DNA from: Octopus vulgaris
Taxonomy: Eukaryota
Direction: 5' to 3'
Assembly (NCBI GenBank): GCA_951406725.2
Contig: OX597822.1
Location: forward strand, 69,750,001 to 69,814,000
DNA length: 64,000 bases
This document shows, one piece after another, positions 54,696 through 64,000 of the stretch (the stretch's first letter is position 1; each line of letters opens with the position of its first letter). The position numbers were made by a program, and so were the translations under genes. The notes below the pieces were generated by a model that saw nothing but the letters and a program-made list of their open reading frames with translations, did not search any database and was not told where the DNA came from.

Positions 54696-55258
54696 GTAGA
54701 CAGAAACTGAAAGAAATCAACTATATATATATATGCATGTATATAGGTAAGTCTATGTGTGTGTCTTTGCGTTTCTCCATCATCACTGCTTCACAACTGG
54801 TGTTCGTTTATTTACATCCCCATAACTTACTGGTTTCACAAGAAGTAACCGATAGAATAAGTACCAGGCTTATCAAAATAAAAAAAGCACTAGGCAGTGT
54901 CTCATATTTTTGTTTGCCCACTCAGTTGTATCTATCAATTTATCTTTGTGTGTGTGTGTGTGTGTGTGTATACATATATATATGGATTTCGTAGACAGGA
55001 ACTGAAACAAATCATTTGTTTATATATGTATGTATATATGTAAGTCTATGTGTGTATCTTTGTCTCTGAGTTTTGCCCTCATCACTGCTTCACAACTGCT
55101 GCTCATTTATTTACATCTTCATCACTTACTGGTTTCACAAGAACAAACTAATAAAATAAGTACCAGGCTTATCAACATAAAAAAAGCAATAGGCTATGTC
55201 TCATATTTTTGTTTGCCCACTCAGTTGTATCTATCAATTTATCTTTGTATGTGTGTGA

Positions 55259-55260
<2 letters not shown>
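54696..55260 (+). repeat. Local tandem duplication (~290 bp) of a SINE 3' half plus flank
   Basis: 54696-54985 and 54990-55260 share gtagacag.aactgaa...catcactgcttcacaactg...tttgcccactcagttgtatctatcaatttatctttg. Confidence 0.8.
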
Positions 55261-55312
<52 letters not shown>

Positions 55313-56719
55313 CACCCTAATGGGGGCCTTAACTCCCAAATTTTAGTCATCTCTTTTATGATCCAAAAATAGGTCAAAAGTACTGAATGGATCTTTATGA
55401 AATTTCGAAATTATATTCTATGCATAAGGACCATAACCCCCATGACAATTCATATATTTTTGCTGTTGATGAAATTTTAACCATAGATATTAGACACAAA
55501 TGAAGTAATATTTATAAAATTTCATCTTCTTACAAGTTACAAAGACCCCTCCATGGGGACTTAACACCCACAATTTTGTCATTTTATCTAAGCAAAAATG
55601 AATACAGTTGTGCTCTTGGAAGCTGTAGGGTTACCCGAGCATAAAAGATGAGCATTATTTGTAATTCAATGGTACAACAGTGTAAAGTTTGCTTTGACAT
55701 ACACTTAGATTGTGATTTCTGCAATGTGGTGCATAATTTGTCAAGTAAATAAGAGGCATCTTTGCCTCCACTGATTTAGTTGCAAAGTGTTGAGTAAAGT
55801 TATTTGATTGCAGACCTCCTTTCAGTCTTTTTATTATCACTGGGTCACACATAGTCCCCAGGTGGTAACATTGATTTCAAGGCCTTCCCAGATGAGTGAC
55901 TGGTTATTCAAAGACATTTATAGATTGTAAATTTATTCTCTCCAGATGATTTTTAAAATTATATTTATGTGTATCTTTCAAATGCCTTCACTTTGGCATG
56001 CTGAGATCGAAATTACTCTGCAGTTGATAAACTACAGCAGTCAATTTACCGGCTAGAGAACATTTTTTAAATTTCTACTCTTATTTAATTTTAAATTAAA
56101 AAATGTTCTCATCCCCCACTTGTTCATTATAGTCCTGCAGGCAATAACAGACCCACCTATGCCAGTGCCGCCCAACTATGGTGGTGCCGCCTAACTGGCT
56201 CCCGTGCCGGTGGCATGTAAAAAGCGTGGTCAATGCTAGAGTCACCTGACTGGCTCTCATGCTGGTGGTACATAAAAAGCACCCACTACACTCTCGAAGT
56301 GGTTGAGCATCCAGGAAGAGCATCCAGCTGTAGAAACCTTGCCAGATCAGATTGGAGCCAGGTACAGGCTCTTGGCTTGCCAGTCCTCAGTCAAACCATC
56401 CAACCCATGCCAGCATGGAAAACGGACGTGAACCTATAGAATAAAAAGAGAAAGGGCGCTTTGCTCTCATGATTTATTCTCTGAGATTACCGTGTTTTTT
56501 TTCTTTTTCTTAGGTTTTTCTTTCCCCGGATAACCATAGTCAGTGATTTATTCTTTTCCCCCTTTTTTGAATTTAAGTTGTTAAAACGATTCCTTGTTTT
56601 CTCCTTGTGTAAACTTTCCAAAACGTTTTCGATCCCTATTGATCAGTTTTGAAAAAAATTCTGCATTGTACTGTTCCCTCGGCCTTGCGTGGCTTAATAA
56701 AGAAATCTATCTGGTATTG

Positions 56720-56950
56720 TGTTGTGTCTGGGGAGAGTCATTTTCTTTTTGTGCCAAAATTTCCATTTATTTCTTATTTTCTTCAAGACTATTGAAAAGG
56801 TTGCAAGACGCAACGAAAATTTTAGGAAAATAAAAATAAGAAATAAGTGGAAATTTTACCGGTGAGTGTATAAAATTATAAGGTACAAAAAGAAAACGAC
56901 TCTCCCCAGACACAACAGAATATGCTTCAACACACGAACTCACATAAAGA
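56720..56950. mobile_element. Fold-back Penelope-like element with a U3-A8 variant hammerhead motif
   Basis: Arms at 56720-56780 and 56832-56917 (with an internal indel), plus a tail. Motif at 56789-56825 (+): CUA-UUGAAAA-G-GUUGC(aagac)GCAAC-GAAA-AU-UU-UAG. Confidence 0.6.
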
Positions 56951-58581
56951 ATCTTGCAAACCAAATCCCAAAACGAAATATCTGGTATTGGCTTGATGTT
57001 AATACGGTGTAAGAGAAATCACTCAGAAAGCGAGTTTAAGAATGAAAAACATATGATTAAAGGGAGATAAATGTGACGTTGCGAGTTGGAAAATACGTAA
57101 CGTTAATTTAATGCTTACATTCAACCTTATCGCTCTTTCATGTGAGGGATCAGGGTGTCTTTTATCTTTTATATGTGTTTCTGTCATTGGACTGTGGCCA
57201 TGCTGGAGCACCGCCTTTAAAGTTTTTAATAAAACAAATTGACCCTGATACCTACTTTTTTAAAGTTTGGTAGTCATTCTATCAGTGTCTTTTGCTGAGT
57301 CACTTGTCAATTGTCGTGGTCCCGGTTTTGCACACGCGAATTCGCGCGCGCGCGCGCGCCAGACGTAGGTACTCGATACTCGAGATCCTACGAGGTGACT
57401 TGCGCATGCGCAGTGCAGAATTCGCGCGTGCGCGTTAACCCCCCCCCCCTAAAAAAAAAGGTGTTGGATTTCACTAAAAATATATGTGTGTGTGTGTGTG
57501 TGTGTGTATATATAACATTTTCAATTTTACACAAAAAAATTACATAGTCGCTTTCCTCGCGGATTTACAGAGAAATGAATTAATTACTATTTTACAGAAT
57601 AAAATTAATGAATTAATTATATAAATTAAATAATTCTTGAAAATTAATTAATATTAATAATATTTTTTGAACAAAGTAAATAATTTATAAAACTTGGTTA
57701 ATAATTTTTTTTACACAAACGCGAACGTATATAATTTGTGAAACTTTTTTTTTTTTACAGACGTATATAATTTGGTAAACTTAATGAATTAATTTCTTCT
57801 CATCATCATCATCGTTTAACGTCCGTTCTCCATGCCAGCATGGGTTGGACGGTTCGACCGGGGATCTGGGAAGCCAGAAGGCTGCACCAGACTCCAGTCT
57901 TATCTGGCAATGTTTCTACAGCTGGATGCCCTTCCTAACGCCAACCACTCCGAGAGTGTAGTGGGTGCTTTTTACATGCCACCCGCACAGGTGCCAGGCG
58001 AGGCTGGCAACGGCCACGGTCGGATTGGTGCCAGTCGAGGCGGCTCTGGCATCGGCCACGATTCGGATAGTGCTTTTTACGTACCACCAGTCCAGGGGTC
58101 CTGGCATTTGCCGGGTGCCACACTTGCCCCAACATGTCTTCGCAAGCAAAGGGGGTTGGCATGGGTGCCTGTCGTGGGATGAGGTTCGATATCAACTTCG
58201 CTTGCCTCAACAGGTCTTTGTGTATAAATGTATAAATTTTTCGCACTAAATTCTTTCCGTAGAATTTATAAAAAAACGCGCAAAATTATTCCGTAGACTT
58301 TATCAAATTAAAAAACGCAAAATTAATATATTTTTGAAATTGCAAATTATTTAGAATATAAAACAAATTAAGTTAAATTTTAAAAATAAATGTCATATAC
58401 TTATACTCTGTAAGGTGCTGTGTTCACACTTCAATTTACTATTTTCTAGAAATGTTGCTTTTCTAATTGAAACAATTTTTCTCAATCTCCATTTAAAAGT
58501 CCATAATGCCTCTTGAGCCATATCAAAATGAACAACTTTGAATTACCCGGTGGTGGTGGTGGTGGTGGTGGTGTGAGGTTC

Positions 58582-58941
58582 TAATTTTTTTTCTGATCTC
58601 TCTTTGCCCCCCCCCCCCCTAGATGGAGGTGTGGTGGGGAGACAGATGAAAGATGTTTCATTCTCTACTATATATGTATATATATATCTATATCTATATA
58701 TATATATATATATTTCTTAAACCTACACGATATAGTCTATAAATTTGGGATGTTTTTGAAAGATAATATATTTTGTCATCAGAATATATATACTTTCTCA
58801 CACTACAATTAAGATATATTTATTTTAAATCGTTCATCTTTTCCCGCGACAACAAAAATTGGGCGCGAAAATTTTTCTAAATATTAGCTGAATGAACAAC
58901 TGAGATAAAGAGGGGGCAAAGAGAGATCAGAAAAAAAATTA
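58582..58941. mobile_element. MITE-like element with a 30-bp inverted repeat
   Basis: taattttttttctgatctctctttgccccc / gggggcaaagagagatcagaaaaaaaatta. Superfamily not recognised. Confidence 0.6.
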
Positions 58942-60231
58942 AATGTGACCAAGGAAGACCATCAACTGACAATCGTCCAAGCAAAATGCCAACAATGCCC
59001 ATGCATGAGGTTATTGCATTAGCAGTCAGCTTCCCCTGGGCTTGCGTCCCCTGCTTTCATGCTTGTCACAGAACCTTCCCACACGACCAGGCATCAGATA
59101 GTCACCTCGTCAGCAATTACAAAACCTAAAATTTTAGGTCTAGTAATGCTTGCGCAACACCCCACAGACCCTCTCCAAGCTACTGATTTGATTCAGACAG
59201 ACACAAGCCAGGGCAAGATATCCAGTGCCAATATGGGTCAGAAACTTAGGAATGTAGGAGCACCATAATCTCAAGTGCAAAAGCTCCCCAAAATGTTCCA
59301 TGCCATTCTTTGAATATTTGGTTTTATATCAGAGTTACTGCCTTCTGGAAACATGCTTTAGCAAAAGCTAAGTGGTGCCTCACACCCAATGATCTTCCAG
59401 CATGTTGGACACAAACCTGTCACAAGGACACACACACACACCATTGGCTTTCACACATTCCATTCCACTTTCAATGCATCCCACAATATCATTTAAACAT
59501 TTCACATTTTCTTTTCCACTTTCTATATGTTCCATTCTAAATTCCACATATCAACTTCCACAATTCATTCCTGACATTCTACTCAGTTCGTACTGCATTG
59601 CACATTTTCTCATCTTCACTTCATTTCATTCCATCTTGCACACATATTCCATTCTTCATTCCATTCCACATTCAATGCATTCTTAACATTCCATTCCACT
59701 TCCCATTTTTAAGTTCAATGCATTTCATTATACTTTACACATTCCATTTCACATATCTTTTTCATTCTGCATTCCACATTAAACACATTCTATTTATTCT
59801 ATATAATACTCTCCACATTCCATTGCACACATTCTACAAACTCTGTTTTACATTCAAAGCATACCTTCTACATTGCATTCCAAATTCCACACAATTTTCT
59901 CATTTCCTACCACATTCCATTCAACATATAATCTTTCATAATGCTTTTCACATTCCACACATTTTACTAATTCTATACTATATTCCACTTATTGTAAAGA
60001 CACATGTCTTGGTAGTTAGAGTGTTGGACTCATAATCATGAGATTGTGGTTTCAATTCTAGGACTAAGCGATGCATTGTGTTCTTGAACAAAACACTTCA
60101 TTTTACATTGTTCCAATCCCCTCAGCTGATAAAAATAAATAATCCTGCAACAGACCAGCGTCCCATTGAAGGAGGAATATAAACACCAGAAAAACCAGGA
60201 AACTGACCCTATGCTCCTTATAGAGTAATGT

Positions 60232-60464
60232 TTTATTTTTTATTGCCCACAAGGGGCTAAACATAGAGGGGACAAACAAGGACAGACAAAGGGATTAAGT
60301 CGATTACATCGACCCCCAGTGCGTAACTGGTACTTAATTTATCGACCCCGAAAGGATGAAAGGCAAAGTCGACCTCAGCGGAATTTGAACTCAGAACGTA
60401 AAGACAGACGAAATACTGCTAAGCATTTCAGCCAGGGTGCTAAAGTGTCTACCAGCTCACCGCC
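60232..60464 (-). mobile_element. Full-length family-B tRNA-derived SINE
   Basis: Head ggcggtgagctgg..ttctgagttcaaattcc. Central gcctttcatcctttcggggtcgataaattaagtaccag resembles the Meta/MESC SINE domain (from memory). 14-bp TSD ttat(a/g)gagtaatgt at 60218-60231 and 60465-60478. Related copies near 6900-7116, 7955-8165 and 11130-11327. Confidence 0.85.
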
Positions 60465-61302
60465 TTATGGAGTAATGTGAACTAACCACTAACCATATTC
60501 CGCTCATTCCGTTCAACATTTCGCACTTTCTCATTTCATTCCTCACATTCTTTTCCAAAATCTATATATTCCCTATTACATTCCATATATCACCTTTGAG
60601 GATTGGTGACAGGAAAGGTATCCAACTGTAGAAAATCTACTTCAACAAAATTCCATTGAACTCATGGAAAAGTGGATGTTAAAACAATTTAGTTACTATT
60701 TTACTTGTTTCAGTCATGTGGCCATGCTGGAGCACTGCCTTTAGTTGAGCAAATCGACCACAGGACTTATTCTTTGTAAGTCTAGTAATTATTCTATTGG
60801 TCTCTTTTCCCAAACTGCTAAGTTATGGGGACGTAAACACACCAGCATTGGTTGTCAAGCAATGTTGGGTGGGGACAAACACAGACACACAAACACACAT
60901 ATATATAACAGGCTTCTTTCAGTTTCCATCAACCAAATCCACTCACAAGGCTTTGGTTGGCCTGAGGCTATAATAGAAGACACTTGCCCAAGGTGCCACG
61001 CAGTGGGACTGAACCCAGAACCATGTGGTTCGTAAGCAAGCTACTTACCACATAGCCACTCCTATTTTGAGGAGGATCAGCAACCCAGCATGAATTTTGC
61101 AGACCTTTCAGACTTAATGACAGTTTTACTTGGCCTGTCTTCTTTTATAATTCCATAGCAGCCTATGATGCATTATAGAAAAGTATAAATCTACATCAAT
61201 ATTTTGTTTTATCAACACTATTAGAATGAAAGAAGTTGGTCACTTCCAACAGGATCTGCCTGACAGTAAGTGTATACATATCTATAAAAGTACTCATGTC
61301 TG

Positions 61303-61357
<55 letters not shown>

Positions 61358-61564
61358 TATTCTTTTATTTGTTTCAGTCATTTGACTGCGGCCATGCTAG
61401 AGCACCACCTTTAGTCGAGCAAATCGACCCCAGGGCTTATTTTTTGTAAGCCTAGTACTTATTCTATCGGTCTCCCTTGCCGAACCACTAAGTGACGGGG
61501 ACGTAAACACACCAGCATCGGTTGTCAAGTGATGTTGGGGGCACAAACACAGACACACAAACAT

Positions 61565-61593
<29 letters not shown>

Positions 61594-61595
<2 letters not shown>

Positions 61596-62069
61596 CAAAA
61601 TGAGAAAATGGAGAAATATATCTAAATCAATCATCAACCATCAGATAATACCCAATCAATACTTTATTAAACCATTACACAATAGCAATGATATTATACA
61701 TTAATATAGTACAAATATAACAAGACATAGAAATAGAAATAGATTTCTATTTCTATTTCTATGTCTTGTTATATTTGTACTATATTAATGTATAATATCA
61801 TTGCTATTGTGTAATGGTTTAATAAAGTATTGATTGGGTATTATCTGATGGTTGATGATTGATTTAGATATATTTCTCCATTTTCTCATTTTGTATTATT
61901 AATTTATGGTAATAATTTTTACCTTTGCCCACAAAATACAGTAGATGAATTAATTGCATCGCAATTTTTAACATTTATGTATTAGCTTTGTTGGGTACTT
62001 ATCTAGCAGTATATTGGATATATGTTATCCCATGGAGGGTTGAATTTACAACCCCTATCTCATTTTATA
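61594..62069. mobile_element. Short fold-back copy of the 23332-24913 Penelope-like family, inside a family-A SINE
   Basis: 150-nt arms at 61594-61743 and 61746-61895; tail at 61896-62069. Same arm/tail breakpoint (tacaaaa) as the long copy. Confidence 0.8.
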
Positions 62070-62087
62070 TATATATATATATATATA

Positions 62088-62190
62088 TCTCTATATATAA
62101 ACGGCAGTTTGTCTGTGCGTGTTTCTGTGTGTAAAATTCTTTATAGTTATTTCCCTTACAAACCTGAGCAACGCCGGGCGATACTGCTAG
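62088..62190 (+). mobile_element. Complete ~103-bp non-autonomous mini-Helitron
   Basis: A|TCTCTATATATAAA 5' end, subterminal hairpin cctgagcaacgccggg, CTAG|T 3' end. A Helitron-like 5' end also occurs at ~54042-54125. Confidence 0.7.
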
Positions 62191-62455
62191 TATATATATA
62201 TATATATATATATATATACGACGAGCTTCTTTCAGTTTCCGTCTACCAAATCAACTCACAAGGCTTTGGTCAGCCTGAGGCTATAGTAGAAGACACTTGC
62301 CCAAGGTGCCATGCAATGGGACTGAACCCAGAACCATGTGGTTGGTAAGCAAGCTACTTACCACACAGCCACTCCTGCAGAAAAACTTAAAAACAGAGAA
62401 GCAGACTCTAAGAAGTAGAGCAGTCTGTATTTATTACGGGTGAAGGCCTGTTTAT

Positions 62456-62512
62456 AAGGTTACCCTGGGTTTCTCACCATAAAGAGTATCTTTATGGTGT
62501 ATCATCAGACTT
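62456..62512 (-). ncRNA. Type I hammerhead ribozyme in fold-back element 62381-62717
   Basis: aagu-CUGAUGA-ua-CACCAUAAAGA(uac)UCUUUAUGGUG-a-GAAA-CCCAGGG-UA|accuu. 11-bp stem II; weak stem I. Confidence 0.7.
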
Positions 62513-62716
62513 GTTGACCTATGGCCTCTTTAACGTATGGAGACGGAAACGAACTGGATATAAAGCTGATGACCACCAGAAGAGGGAGATAACCCCATTC
62601 TCTCTATCAGGTTGGTTTCCTCCTCCATATTTTAAAGAGGCCATAGGCCAACAAGCCTTAGGGTCTGGTTGGCAAGAAATCCAGAGTAATCCTATAAACA
62701 GGCCTTCACCAGTAAT

Positions 62717-62749
<33 letters not shown>

Positions 62750-62835
62750 GATATATATACATATACATATGGAAGTCATCTAAAAGTCCATAAGTCTAGA
62801 AAAAGATGCATTAGTATATCTGTCAATAGAGTAGG

Positions 62836-63063
62836 TATATTAATCCGAAATGTACAGTATTATATATCCATCATGGCTGATCTTGCCAATTGGTTTCATG
62901 CTATGAAATAAGGCACCATATTTTATTCCATATCGGCTACCTCTGATGAGCATAGGATTATATAATTGGATTGTTACCTAACACTCTGTTGTACCACTAG
63001 TGCAAAACCAGTTGGTAAGATCAGCTATGATGGATATATAATACTGTACATTTGGGATAATAT
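62836..63063. mobile_element. Fold-back Penelope-like element with a decayed hammerhead
   Basis: Arms at ~62836-62896 and 63004-63063. On +: CTGATGA(62943-62949)-gcatag..ctagtgc-AAAA-ccagttgg-TA. The other arm keeps GAAA-ccaattgg. Confidence 0.6.
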
Positions 63064-63070
63064 ATATATA

Positions 63071-63943
63071 CAGGGTGTGGTAAATAGACTGTTGTCTAAA
63101 TTACACAAAAATGAAACTAACACTGACATCTCATTTTAACCAAAAATACATAAAAATACCTTGAAATACTAAAGAGTAAATTTATTCAATAAAATCACCA
63201 TTGGCTTCAACCACAGCCTCCAGATGACTTTGGAATCTCCTGCAGCTCTTCTTGACAGTCTCCTTATTTATTTAAGTTGGTCAATGCTGCCATAATCCTT
63301 GCCTTCAGTTCATCTTTGGTGTTACAAGGAGTTTTGTTGGTCTCTCGCTCAACTGTGCCCCACACATAATAATCAAGAGGTTGCAGTCCGGGGTATTATA
63401 TAACCAAATGTTAGGGGTGATGTGGTTGCAGAAATTGTCTGACAGCCATGACTGGGTTCCCCTGCTTATGTAGCATGATGCAGAGTCCTGTTGCCAGACA
63501 TTAGGGTCTTCCAGCAGTGACCCTCTTGACCCAGGACAGCACTACCTCTTTCAGGCACCTTATGTAGGCCTCTGTGTTAAGTCTGCGGCTGTATGGGAAG
63601 ATGGAGGCATAATGTCGCCATCACTAGTAATTACTCCGAACACCATGGTGTTGACCGGATGTTTGATTTTTATCACTCTTAGTACATGTCTTCAGATTGC
63701 ACTATCCTCAGATTGACACCCAGACACGCTGAAATGCTCACACTGGAGCTTCTGGTGTGAATGCCAAGCAGTACAGCATGTCATTTCCAAATTTCTGGCA
63801 GAGTGAATCGCATCATGGTGCTGTTTTTCTCACAGATGGTGCCCAACTAACCCTACTATAGTGTGTAGTTGACAAAATCAAAAACAATGCATATGTGCAA
63901 AATTAAAAATATAAAATGGCGACAGTTTACCCATCACACCTGG
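63071..63943 (-). mobile_element. Tc1/mariner superfamily (maT/DD37D-like) transposon remnant
   Basis: TA-flanked imperfect TIRs. Frameshifted transposase motifs VFGVITSDGDIMPP, VWQQDSA, DYYVWGTVERETNKTPCNTKDELKARI, SCRRFQSHLEAVVEANGDFIE*. Confidence 0.75.
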
Positions 63944-64000
63944 TATGTATGTGTGTATACACACACACATATATGTATACCCATATGCATACATAACATA

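Noticed and set aside
55315-56090. Possible DNA transposon or Helitron remnant with a 65-aa ORF
   Set aside because: No diagnostic motif or paired termini that I can support.

Overview
AT-rich, repeat-dense eukaryotic DNA. The SINE and LINE families suggest a coleoid cephalopod, probably Octopus; this is an inference. One host gene is present: the 5' part of tripeptidyl-peptidase II (TPP2) on the minus strand. It has 7 GT-AG exons from ATG 40961 down to 372, encoding 312 aa that include catalytic Asp43 and His263, and it continues beyond the left edge of the window. The rest is introns and upstream DNA filled with tRNA-derived SINEs, RTE, CR1-like and R4/Dong LINE remnants, Tc1, maT-like and hATm DNA transposon remnants, MITEs, mini-Helitrons, and micro- and minisatellites. 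The most striking signal is about 10 short non-coding elements from several sequence-unrelated families. Most are fold-backs with Penelope-like architecture (inverted pseudo-LTR plus a 3' tail), many sit in (TA)n, and many carry minimal type I hammerhead ribozyme motifs. These motifs include canonical C3-G8 cores, a U4C core, and two cores whose 3-8 tertiary pair appears compensatorily swapped (G3-C8 and U3-A8). All structures were read by eye; none were computed or searched.
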